A stretch of DNA of 64,000 nucleotides from Bacteroidales bacterium (GTDB taxonomy: Bacteria; Bacteroidota; Bacteroidia; Bacteroidales; UBA932), in assembly GCA_017558775.1 (NCBI GenBank), contig JAFYTP010000075.1, forward strand, positions 2,228 through 66,227, read 5' to 3'. Every line of letters starts with the position of its first letter. The stretch's first letter is position 1. Below are positions 43,806-52,810 of this stretch, one piece after another. A program made the translations under genes and the position numbers. Under the pieces are notes generated by a model. The model ran no database searches. It worked only from the letters and a program-made list of their open reading frames with translations, and was not told the origin of the DNA.

Positions 43806-46800
43806 CTAGGCTTTTTTCCGGTTCTTGCGTCTTTCCAGATGCTCGGTGATGCCGCAGTAGAGGACCGGGATGATGACGAGGGTGATGAGGGTGGAGATGG
43901 AAAGTCCCCAGGCCACGGTGACGCCGAGTCCGTTCCACATTTCGGAGCCTTCGCCCCGGCCCCACGCCATCGGCAGCATACCGCAGACGGTGGTGAGGGT
44001 GGTCATCAGGATCGGGCGGAGACGGCTCCGGGCCGCGGTCACGGAGGAGTCGCGGACGCTCATCCCACGCTCCTGGCACAGGATGGTATAGTCGATGAGC
44101 ACGATACCGTTCTTCACCACGATACCCAGCAGGATGATGATGCCGATGAGGCTCATCACGCCGACGGCGAGGCCATGGAGCATGTTTCCGAGCGCCACGC
44201 CCGTGAAGGCGAACGGGATGGAGAACATGATCACCAGCGGGCCCAGGAAGGACTCGAACTGGGAAGCCATCACCATATACACGAGGATGACGATCAGGAG
44301 CATCAGGAGGATCATGTCGGAGAACATCGACTGCTGTTCCTCATAGTCGCCGCCGATGTCCCAGGACAGTTCGGCGGGCAGGGGTTCCTCCTCCATGATC
44401 GCCGTCACGGCCTCGACACCCTCACTCAGGGCGTGGCCGCGGGCCATCAGGCCGCGGACGGTGATGTATCGGTCACGGTTCTTGCGGGTGATGGTGGGCG
44501 GAACCTTGGACTCCACGACGGCGCCGAGGTCGCGCACCTTGATGCCGCGGCCCTGCGGGTTGTGGATGACGATGTTCTCGATATCCTCCACGCTCTGACG
44601 GAACTCCGGTGCGAAACGGACGCGGATGTTGTACTCCTCGCCGTCCTCGCGGTAGTAGGAAGCCACGGTACCGCTCATGGCCGCACTGACGGCGGAGGCG
44701 GCGGTGGTGGAAGTCAAACCGTTGAGCGCCAGTTTCTCGCGGTCGAAATCGACCTCATATTCCGGCGTGTACTGGTCGCGGCTCAGGATGGCCTGCACGA
44801 AGACGGGATTCTGCATCATCTTCTCGCGGATCTTCCGGGCCTCCGTTTCGGTCTGTTCGAAGTCATAGCCGTAGATCTCCAGTTCGACGGCGCTGCGGCC
44901 GCCCATGCCCATGCCGCCTTCCGTGACGGTGGACTTGTTGATCTCCGGGAATAGTCTGAGGTCCTCGCGGATGAGGTCGGCGATCTCCGAGGTGGAGCGC
45001 TTGCGGTCTTCCATCGACCCGATGTTGATGTTCATCGAGATCAGGTAGGCTCCGTTGCTGCGCATCGACGCGAAGGCGTTCTGGCTGTCGGCCTGGCCGA
45101 AGTTGTAGCTGAACACCTTGATCTCGGGCACATCGGCCGCAATCTTCGCATAAAGGCGCTCGGCCAATTCGCTGGTGACCTCCTGCGCCGTACCGATGGG
45201 CAGTTCCACGGAAACCTGGATACGGCCCTGGTCCGCCGTCGGGAAGTACTCGGTCTTCATCCGGGGGATGTAGATGGCGATGACGATCGCGAAGATGACG
45301 GCCGCGGCGAGCAGCACGAGCTTCTTATGGTCCATGCACCAAGCGATCATCTTGGAATAACCGCGGGAAATGTTGTCCAGCAGCCGGTTGACCGGGTCGA
45401 AGATGAAGTGGTACAGCTTGCCGCTCTTGTTCTCGTTGGTGAGGAGCTGCGAGCAAAGCATCGGAACGAGGGTGAGGGCCGCGGTCGTGGACACGATCAT
45501 GATGATGGACACGATCCAGCCCAGCTGGCGGAACATGATGCCGGCCATGCCGGAGATCATCGTCAGCGGGAGGAACACGCACAGCATCGTGAGCGTGGAC
45601 GCGATGACGGAGATACCCACCTCGGCGGTGCCGTGGACGGCGGCCTCCTTCGGCTTCTCTCCCCTTTCCAGGTGCGTGGTCACATTTTCCAGGACGACGA
45701 TGGCGTCGTCCACGACCATGCCGATGGCGATCGAGAGAGCGGACATCGAGATGATGTTCAGGGTGTTCCCCGTCGCGAACAGATACATCAGGGACGCCAG
45801 GAGGGCGATCGGGATGGACAGGATGACGATGAGGGTACCCTTCCATCGACCCAGGAAGATATACACGATGAACATCACCACGAGGAAGGTGATGAGGATC
45901 GTCTCCTTCAGGGAGTTGATGGTGCGGAGGATGTTGTCGGAGGAGTCGATGACCGTGGTGATTTCGATGTCGGACGGCAGGTTGCGCTCCAGCTTGGCCA
46001 GTTCGCGCTTGACGCCGCGGATCACGTTCACGGTGTTGTAGCCGGACTGCTTCTGGATGATGATCTGCGCGCCCCGGACGCCGTTCGTGTAGGATTCCTG
46101 GGACTTCTCCTCCAGGCCGTCGCTCACGCGGGCGACGTCACGGAGATAGACGACTCCGCCGTTCACATAGCCCAGGACGATGTTCTCCAGTTCGGAGGGA
46201 TCCTGGAACTCCTTCTTGATGCGGAGGGTATAGGTGTCGGAGCCGATGTCGATGCTGCCGGAAGGGACGTTCCGGTTCTCGGCGGCGATGACGCTGGAAA
46301 TGGAAGCGATGGAGAGCCCGTAAGCCTCCAGCTTGTTCGGATCGCAGTAAACCTGGATTTCGCGCTGCGGGGCGCCGGTCACGGAGACCGTACCCACGCC
46401 GGTGACACGCGCCAGCGGGGTGGCCACCCGTTCGTCCAGGATCTTGTCCAGGGCGGAGACGCTCTGGTTCGCCGTCGCGGACATGATCATGATGGGCATG
46501 TCGTCCGCGCTGAACTTGAAGATGGTCGGGGAGGACGCGCCGTCGGGCAGCGTCTGGCTGACCATGCTCAGCTTGTCGCGCACGTCGTTCGTCGCGACTT
46601 CGATGTCGGTGCCGTATTCGAACTCGAGGGTGAGCACGGAAATGTTCTCCCGCGAGTTGGACGTGATGTCCTTCAGGTTCGCGACGCCGTTCAGGGAGTT
46701 TTCCAGGACCTTCGTGAGGTTGTTCTCCACGTCCTCCGCGCTCGCGCCCGGATAGGACGACATCACCATGATGGTGTTGGACTCGATATCCGGGAAGTTG

Positions 46801-46904
46801 TCCACCGGAAGCCGGGTCAGGGAGAACACGCCGAGGATCGCGAAGGCCAGGAAGACCAGGGCGGTCGTCACCGGATGGTTGACGGATGTTCTGTAAATGC
46901 TCAT
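43806..46904 (-). CDS. RND efflux permease (AcrB/HAE1)
   Basis: Motifs YPGASAEDVE, GMVVDDAIVVLEN, GIVVKNGIVLID and RLRPILMT. Confidence 0.95.
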   Translation of the reverse strand: MSIYRTSVNHPVTTALVFLAFAILGVFSLTRLPVDNFPDIESNTIMVMSSYPGASAEDVENNLTKVLENSLNGVANLKDITSNSRENISVLTLEFEYGTDIEVATNDVRDKLSMVSQTLPDGASSPTIFKFSADDMPIMIMSATANQSVSALDKILDERVATPLARVTGVGTVSVTGAPQREIQVYCDPNKLEAYGLSIASISSVIAAENRNVPSGSIDIGSDTYTLRIKKEFQDPSELENIVLGYVNGGVVYLRDVARVSDGLEEKSQESYTNGVRGAQIIIQKQSGYNTVNVIRGVKRELAKLERNLPSDIEITTVIDSSDNILRTINSLKETILITFLVVMFIVYIFLGRWKGTLIVILSIPIALLASLMYLFATGNTLNIISMSALSIAIGMVVDDAIVVLENVTTHLERGEKPKEAAVHGTAEVGISVIASTLTMLCVFLPLTMISGMAGIMFRQLGWIVSIIMIVSTTAALTLVPMLCSQLLTNENKSGKLYHFIFDPVNRLLDNISRGYSKMIAWCMDHKKLVLLAAAVIFAIVIAIYIPRMKTEYFPTADQGRIQVSVELPIGTAQEVTSELAERLYAKIAADVPEIKVFSYNFGQADSQNAFASMRSNGAYLISMNINIGSMEDRKRSTSEIADLIREDLRLFPEINKSTVTEGGMGMGGRSAVELEIYGYDFEQTETEARKIREKMMQNPVFVQAILSRDQYTPEYEVDFDREKLALNGLTSTTAASAVSAAMSGTVASYYREDGEEYNIRVRFAPEFRQSVEDIENIVIHNPQGRGIKVRDLGAVVESKVPPTITRKNRDRYITVRGLMARGHALSEGVEAVTAIMEEEPLPAELSWDIGGDYEEQQSMFSDMILLMLLIVILVYMVMASQFESFLGPLVIMFSIPFAFTGVALGNMLHGLAVGVMSLIGIIILLGIVVKNGIVLIDYTILCQERGMSVRDSSVTAARSRLRPILMTTLTTVCGMLPMAWGRGEGSEMWNGLGVTVAWGLSISTLITLVIIPVLYCGITEHLERRKNRKKA

Positions 46905-46905
46905 G

Positions 46906-47949
46906 CTACTCGATGACTAGGACCTTGATGCCGTCCTTGAGGGTGGACTGGCCTTTCCGGACGACGGTGTCGCCTTCATTGACACCGTCGATGACCTCGT
47001 ATTCCGTGCCGATGTGACGGCCGAGGGTGACGGGGACGTAGCTCACCGTATTGTCGAGGTTCAACAGATAGACGAACTTCTGGCCGGTGCCTTCCTGCTT
47101 GACAATGCACTGGTCGGGCAGGACGACGCGGTGGTTGGTGCCGAAGACCACCTTCACGCGGGCGAACATGCCCGGACGCAGGGCGCGGTCCGCGTTCTGG
47201 ACCAGCACCTCGGCGTTGAAGGTGTGCGTGGCGGCGTTGATGGTCGGGTACAGGCGGTTCACCTTGCCGGTGAAGGTGCGGCCCGGAAGGGCGTCGACCG
47301 TCAGGGAGACGGTATCGCCTTTCTTGACCTTGGTGTACTCGCTCTCGGAAATGCCCACGAGGAGTTTCACCGGAATCACCTGCTGGACGGTGAACAGCGG
47401 CGCGCTCATCGAGAACATGTCGCCCTTGTCGAAGTTGCGGGCGGTCACGAAACCGTTGATGGGGCTGCGCAGGATGGTGTTCTCCAGGAGGTTCTGGTAG
47501 TTGGTCTTGCGGACCTTGTAGCCGAGTTCGGCGGCCTCGAAATCGGACTGGGAGACGCCGCCTTCCTCATAGAGGCCCTTCAGACGGGCGTATTCCACCT
47601 CGTCGTTCTGGATCTGGAGCTCCAGCTGCTCGAGCTGGTAGCGGTCCATCTCGGCGAGGACCTGGCCTTTGACGACATAGTCGCCCACCTCCACGTTGAT
47701 CTTGCGGATACGGGCGCCGGTCTGGGGCATGATATTGTTCGTGGCGTATGCCTCGACGGTCGAGGAATAGGTGCTCTCTTCGGCGACGTCACGGGAGGTG
47801 GCGGAGACAACCTCGACGGACGGGGTGACGTTCGCCGCCGGGCCGCCGGGGAAACCGGGGCCGCCGGCCGGCTGCTGGCTGCCGCCCCTGCTTCCGCAGG
47901 AGAGCACGGCCAGGGGGGCCAGGAGCGTGAATAGGATCTTGCAGTTCAT
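46906..47949 (-). CDS. RND periplasmic adaptor (MFP), lipoprotein
   Basis: Lipobox VLSC, V.VGDYV.KGQVLA, RSPING and LRPGMFARV. Confidence 0.93.
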   Translation of the reverse strand: MNCKILFTLLAPLAVLSCGSRGGSQQPAGGPGFPGGPAANVTPSVEVVSATSRDVAEESTYSSTVEAYATNNIMPQTGARIRKINVEVGDYVVKGQVLAEMDRYQLEQLELQIQNDEVEYARLKGLYEEGGVSQSDFEAAELGYKVRKTNYQNLLENTILRSPINGFVTARNFDKGDMFSMSAPLFTVQQVIPVKLLVGISESEYTKVKKGDTVSLTVDALPGRTFTGKVNRLYPTINAATHTFNAEVLVQNADRALRPGMFARVKVVFGTNHRVVLPDQCIVKQEGTGQKFVYLLNLDNTVSYVPVTLGRHIGTEYEVIDGVNEGDTVVRKGQSTLKDGIKVLVIE

Positions 47950-47952
47950 ATG

Positions 47953-49473
47953 TTAATTCTCGTTAAAATCGTAACCAAGGGTCTGCTCCAGGCCGGCCTT
48001 CGCGATAACGAAGTTGTAGATGGCCTGGGAGACGGCGAGTTTGGACTGGGTCAGCACCAGTTCCGTATTGTTGAGGTCCGTGAGGGTGCTCTTGCCGAGC
48101 TGGTAGGACTTGACGGCGATGTCGTAGGCCTTCTCGGCGGAGGCGAGGGCCTCCCTCGAGGCGTCGTACGTGCGCATCGCGGTGTCCATCGTGCCGAGGC
48201 TCTGGCGGATGCCGATGCGGAGCTGCCGCTCGGTGTTCTCCCGTTGGAGCGCGAGCTCATCGGCCTGGACCTGCGCCTGCTTGATGGCGTGGTAGCGCTG
48301 GCCGCCCGAGAAGATCGGAATCGACAGGCTCACACCGATGGTGCTGGACGGGAACCACTTCCACTGGCTCAGGTTGAAAATGTCGCTCTGTGTCAGGTAG
48401 GAGTAGGAGAAGGTCAATGACAGGGTCGGGAGATAGGCGTACTGCTGCATCCGGATCTGCCGGGCCATCATCTCGGCCTGCTGCGCGAGCTGCCGGAGCG
48501 TGGAGTTGCCCTCCAGCGTCGCCTCGGAACCCTCGGCAATATCGCTGAACATCTGACCGGCATATTCCTCCAGGGTGCCGGCCACGTCGATGTTCCGGTC
48601 CAGGTCGATGCCCATCACGGCCTTGAGCTGCCACAGGGCCAGCTCCACGGAATTCTCCGCGTTGTACAGGTTCGGGATGGCGGCCGCGACATTGGCTTTC
48701 GCGCGGGTGAGATCGAGTTCGGAGGCCTTCGCCGCGTTGTAGCGCATCTCGGTGAGCTTGAAATTCTCCACCGCGTTCTCGAAGACCGAGTTATACACAT
48801 TGTAAGCCTCCTTCGCGAACAGGATCGCGTAGTAGGCCTGCTTCACGGAAGCGACCGTGCCAAGGCGGGACTCCCGGGCCTGTTCCACGGCCAATTCCAC
48901 CTGGTCGCCGGACAGCCGGAGGCTCTCCCAGAGCTGGAAGTTCACCAGCGGCATCTGGGCGCTGAGACCGAGGGTGACGGAATGGGAACGGCCCATTTCC
49001 ATCGGCTCGGAAGAAGAGGACGAGCCGCCTTCCTGGCTGGCGTTCGGGTCCACATACGGGACGAACGGAACGCCGGTGCCGGCATACAGCTGCTCGATGT
49101 AGTACATAATGGGGTTCATCAGGGATGCCATCATACCGGCCATACCGCCGCCCGAGGAAGAACCGCCTTCGTCGTCGGTCTTGTCGGAGCCGAAGTAAAC
49201 CTTCTGCTTCTTGAGGGCGTAACTGTACATGCCCGATCCGCTCACCTGCGGAAGCAGGGAGCCATAGGAGCCCTTCCGGGCGTACTCCTGCCGCTGGATC
49301 TCCAGATCCGCGACTTTCACGGAGGTGTTCTCGCTGAGGGCGATCTTCAGGGCGTCCTCCAGGGTGAGGACGACCTTATCCCCTTCAGGCTCCACCCCGT
49401 CCTGGTACTGCGCCAAAGCGGGCAGGGCAAGAAGGGCGCCTGTAGCGAAAACGGCAATTCGTTTCAGAAACAT
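47953..49473 (-). CDS. TolC-family outer-membrane channel
   Basis: LTLEDALKIAL..N, duplicated OEP helices, YLPTLSL and SIPIFSG. Confidence 0.9.
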   Translation of the reverse strand: MFLKRIAVFATGALLALPALAQYQDGVEPEGDKVVLTLEDALKIALSENTSVKVADLEIQRQEYARKGSYGSLLPQVSGSGMYSYALKKQKVYFGSDKTDDEGGSSSGGGMAGMMASLMNPIMYYIEQLYAGTGVPFVPYVDPNASQEGGSSSSSEPMEMGRSHSVTLGLSAQMPLVNFQLWESLRLSGDQVELAVEQARESRLGTVASVKQAYYAILFAKEAYNVYNSVFENAVENFKLTEMRYNAAKASELDLTRAKANVAAAIPNLYNAENSVELALWQLKAVMGIDLDRNIDVAGTLEEYAGQMFSDIAEGSEATLEGNSTLRQLAQQAEMMARQIRMQQYAYLPTLSLTFSYSYLTQSDIFNLSQWKWFPSSTIGVSLSIPIFSGGQRYHAIKQAQVQADELALQRENTERQLRIGIRQSLGTMDTAMRTYDASREALASAEKAYDIAVKSYQLGKSTLTDLNNTELVLTQSKLAVSQAIYNFVIAKAGLEQTLGYDFNEN

Positions 49474-49488
49474 ATACTAACTAAACTT

Positions 49489-50373
49489 TTACTTGTTGAG
49501 AGGCTTCGCGTAGTGCGTCGCTTTCTTCTTGGCCTTGACCGCTTCCGGATGGATCGCGGCGGCCGGAATCTTCTTCTTGAATGCCCAGACGAGGAACACG
49601 ATGCCGATGATGACGAACGGGATGGACAGGAGTTGGCCCATGTTCAGGGACATCGCCTTCTCGAACTCCACCTGCGGTTCCTTGATGAACTCGATCAGGA
49701 AACGGCTGCCGAAGCACACCAGCAGGAAAATGCCGATGAACTCGCCCCGGAACATCTTGTCCAGCCGATGCTTGTACAAGGCGACGAGGGCAAAGCCCAG
49801 CAGCAGATAGGTGAAGCCCTCATACAGCTGCGTAGGATGCTTGGGCTCGGTCTCCCCGCGGAGCTCGAAAATGAAGCCCCAGGGCAAGCTCGTGGGATTG
49901 CCGTAGATCTCGGAGTTGAACAGGTTGCCGAAGCGGATGAAAGCACCCGCAAAGGCTACCGCGATGGCCAGATGGTCCAGCAGCCAGACAAAGTCGATGT
50001 CAAACCGCTTTCCGTAGTGGTGCGCGAACCACCAGATGCCGATGAACAGAGCGATAGTGCCGCCGTGGCTGGCGAGACCGCCCTTCCAGGGCATGAAGAT
50101 CTCTAAGAAACCCTGCCAGCTGCCCAGATAGTAATCCGGCTGGTAGAACAGGCAATGCCCGAGGCGGGCGCCCACGATGGTGCAGATAAGGAGCGTATAA
50201 AGCAGCGGATCCAGCATTTTCTTGTCCACCTTTTCCCGGTCGCAGAACCACGAGAAGATGAACCAGCCCAGGATGAACCCGCTCACGAACAGGAGCGAAT
50301 ACCAGCGGAGCTCGAAATTTCCGATATGGAAGATGGCCGGATCGACGTGCCAATGGACGACTAATGCATTCAT
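49489..50373 (-). CDS. lgt: Prolipoprotein diacylglyceryl transferase
   Basis: Motifs LRWYS, GARLGH, GGLASHGG, IRFGNLFNSEIYG and HPTQLYE. Promoter TATCTTTG at 50411-50418. Confidence 0.95.
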   Translation of the reverse strand: MNALVVHWHVDPAIFHIGNFELRWYSLLFVSGFILGWFIFSWFCDREKVDKKMLDPLLYTLLICTIVGARLGHCLFYQPDYYLGSWQGFLEIFMPWKGGLASHGGTIALFIGIWWFAHHYGKRFDIDFVWLLDHLAIAVAFAGAFIRFGNLFNSEIYGNPTSLPWGFIFELRGETEPKHPTQLYEGFTYLLLGFALVALYKHRLDKMFRGEFIGIFLLVCFGSRFLIEFIKEPQVEFEKAMSLNMGQLLSIPFVIIGIVFLVWAFKKKIPAAAIHPEAVKAKKKATHYAKPLNK

Positions 50374-50442
50374 AAACATCACAGATAGAATTCCTATTGT
50401 AAGGAACTTACAAAGATAATGCTTTTCTGTGAGAAAAAAGAC

Positions 50443-50474
50443 AAAAAAACGTGCGGGCGTATGTGCCCGCACGT
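50443..50474 (-). terminator. Intrinsic terminator after pgk
   Basis: Stem ACGTGCGGGC/GCCCGCACGT with a T-tract on the minus strand. Confidence 0.8.
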
Positions 50475-50498
50475 GTGACAATTCCGGAAGCCGGAGTC

Positions 50499-51752
50499 TT
50501 AGTCCTGGATCGCGGCGATGCCGGGGAGGATCTTGCCTTCGATGGCTTCGAGCATGGCGCCGCCGCCGGTGGAGACGTAGGAGACCTTGTCGGCATAGCC
50601 CATCTGGGTCACGGCCGCAACGGAGTCTCCGCCGCCCACGAGGGTGTAAGCGCCCTTCGCGGTGGCCTCGGCGAGGTCCTCAGCGATCTGGAGGGTACCC
50701 TTCGCGAAGTTCGGGAGCTCGAACACGCCCACGGGACCGTTCCAGAGGATGGTCTTGGAGGAGAGGATGATCTTCTTCCAGATCTCGAGGGATGCCGGGG
50801 AAGCGTCCATGCCCTCCCAATCATCGGGAATGTGGTAGATGTCGAAGATCTGCTGCGGGGTGTCGTTGTCGAACTTCTGGCCGCAGACGGTCGCGACGGA
50901 GAGGGAGACGTTCACGCCCTTCTCCTTGGCGGTCTTCAGGATCTCGAGGGCATCGGGCATGAGGTCGTCCTCGTGCAGGGACAGGCCGATGTTGCCGCCC
51001 AGGGCCTTGATGAAGGTGTAGCCCATGCCGCCGCCGATGATGAGGTTGTCCACCTTGCCGACGAGGTTCTTCAGGACCGCGAGCTTGGAGGAAACCTTGG
51101 AGCCGCCGATGATGGCGGTCAGCGGGCGCTCGGCGTTCTTGAGCACGTTGTCGATGGCCTTGATCTCTCCTTCCATCAGGTAGCCGAACATCTTGTCGTT
51201 CGGGAAGTACTCAGCGATGAGGGCGGTGGAGCCGTGGGCGCGGTGGGCGGTGCCGAAAGCGTCGTTGATGTAGCAGTCGGCGTAGGAGGCGAGCTTCTTG
51301 ACGAACTCCTTCTGGGACTCCTTGACGGCCTTCTTGGCGGCCTTCTTCTCGTCCTCGGAGGCGTCCTCGGCGAGGCCGCGCGGCTTGCCTTCTTCCTCGG
51401 CGTAGAAACGGAGGTTCTCCAGGAGGAGGGCCTCACCCGGCTTCAGGGCCGCGGCCTGCGCGTCGGCCTTCTGGCAGTCATCGGCAAACTGGACGGGAAC
51501 GCCCAGGCACTCGGAAACGTGGTTCACGATGTGCTTGAGGGAGAACTTCGGATCGACCTTCTTCGGACGTCCGAGGTGGGACATGATGATGACGGCGCCA
51601 CCCTTCTCGAGCACTTTCTTGAGGGTAGGCATGGCCCGGCGGATGCGGGTGTCGTCGGTGATGTTGAAGTTCTCGTCAAGGGGAACGTTGAAGTCGACTC
51701 TCACGATGGCTTTCTTGCCGGTGAAGTCATAGCTGTCGATGAACTGTTGCAT
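50499..51752 (-). CDS. pgk: Phosphoglycerate kinase
   Basis: Motifs [38 protein letters not shown] and STGGGA. Confidence 0.97.
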   Translation of the reverse strand: MQQFIDSYDFTGKKAIVRVDFNVPLDENFNITDDTRIRRAMPTLKKVLEKGGAVIIMSHLGRPKKVDPKFSLKHIVNHVSECLGVPVQFADDCQKADAQAAALKPGEALLLENLRFYAEEEGKPRGLAEDASEDEKKAAKKAVKESQKEFVKKLASYADCYINDAFGTAHRAHGSTALIAEYFPNDKMFGYLMEGEIKAIDNVLKNAERPLTAIIGGSKVSSKLAVLKNLVGKVDNLIIGGGMGYTFIKALGGNIGLSLHEDDLMPDALEILKTAKEKGVNVSLSVATVCGQKFDNDTPQQIFDIYHIPDDWEGMDASPASLEIWKKIILSSKTILWNGPVGVFELPNFAKGTLQIAEDLAEATAKGAYTLVGGGDSVAAVTQMGYADKVSYVSTGGGAMLEAIEGKILPGIAAIQD

Positions 51753-51781
51753 ATCTAAGGGTTTAATGGTTTTCCAGTCCG

Positions 51782-51799
51782 CAAATTTAACTATCTTTG
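51782..51799. promoter_or_regulatory. Divergent -7 promoters for pgk and the methyltransferase
   Basis: TAAATTTG (minus, 51782-51789) and TATCTTTG (plus, 51792-51799). Confidence 0.65.
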
Positions 51800-51816
51800 C
51801 CTAAAATTCAAAGGAC

Positions 51817-52806
51817 ATGACGATCGAATACCCCGCCGCCTACTGGAAGGACTACGAGCTCATCGACTCGGGCCGCGGCGAAAAGCTGGAACGGTTCGGA
51901 AAATATGTGCTCCGCCGCCCGGAGCCCAAGGCCCTGTGGGCGCCTTCCCTTTCGGAAAATGAGTGGAGGAAACTCTGCCACGTGGTGTTCCGTCCGGGCG
52001 CTGGCTTCGGGAAAGCCGGCAAGGAGGACAGCGGCACCTGGGAGAAGACGCGCAAGATGGATGACCAGTGGAGCATCGCCTACAACGGCGAGCCGGATCC
52101 GGCAACCCACGCTGCCTCCGACCTCCACATCGCCCTCCGGCTGGGTCTCACGTCCTTCAAGCACGTGGGCGTGTTCCCCGAGCAGGCCGCAAACTGGGAG
52201 TATATCTTCCGGGAGACCTCCCGTCTGGGTCGCATCGCGAAGGCGAACGGCCTCCCCGCCCCCAAGGTGCTGAACCTGTTCGCCTACACCGGCGCCGCCT
52301 CGCTGGCCGCCAAGGCCGCGGGCGCCGACGTCACGCACCTCGACTCCGTTCGCCAGGTGGTCACCTGGGCACGCGAAAACATGGAGCGCAGCGGCCTGGA
52401 CGGCGTGCGCTGGGTGGTCGAGGACGCTTTGAAGTTCGCCAAGCGGGAAGCCAAGCGCGGCAATGTATACCAGGGCATCATCCTGGACCCGCCCGCCTAT
52501 GGACACGGACCGGACGGTGAAAAATGGAAGCTGGACGAGCTGCTGTTCGACCTGCTGAAGAACGTCTCCCAGATCCTGGCGCCCCGCGATTCCTTCATGG
52601 TCCTGAATCTCTACAGCAACGGCTACTCCGCCATGCTGGGCGAAACCACCGTCCGTGAGGCGTTCGGCCTGAAGCCGGAACCCGGCTTCACCCCCGCCCC
52701 CGGTCACGACGGCAGCTACCTCGCCCTGGAAAGCGGCGAGCTCGCCCTGCGGGACGCCTTTGGCAAGGTCCTCCCGCTGAGCATTTTCGTCCGGTTGAAA
52801 CGATAA
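51817..52806 (+). CDS. Class I SAM-dependent methyltransferase (RlmI/RlmK-like)
   Basis: Motifs DYELIDSG..EKLERFG, FKH.GVFPEQ, VLNLFAYTG and IILDPP.YG. Confidence 0.88.
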   Translation: MTIEYPAAYWKDYELIDSGRGEKLERFGKYVLRRPEPKALWAPSLSENEWRKLCHVVFRPGAGFGKAGKEDSGTWEKTRKMDDQWSIAYNGEPDPATHAASDLHIALRLGLTSFKHVGVFPEQAANWEYIFRETSRLGRIAKANGLPAPKVLNLFAYTGAASLAAKAAGADVTHLDSVRQVVTWARENMERSGLDGVRWVVEDALKFAKREAKRGNVYQGIILDPPAYGHGPDGEKWKLDELLFDLLKNVSQILAPRDSFMVLNLYSNGYSAMLGETTVREAFGLKPEPGFTPAPGHDGSYLALESGELALRDAFGKVLPLSIFVRLKR

Positions 52807-52810
52807 TTTC

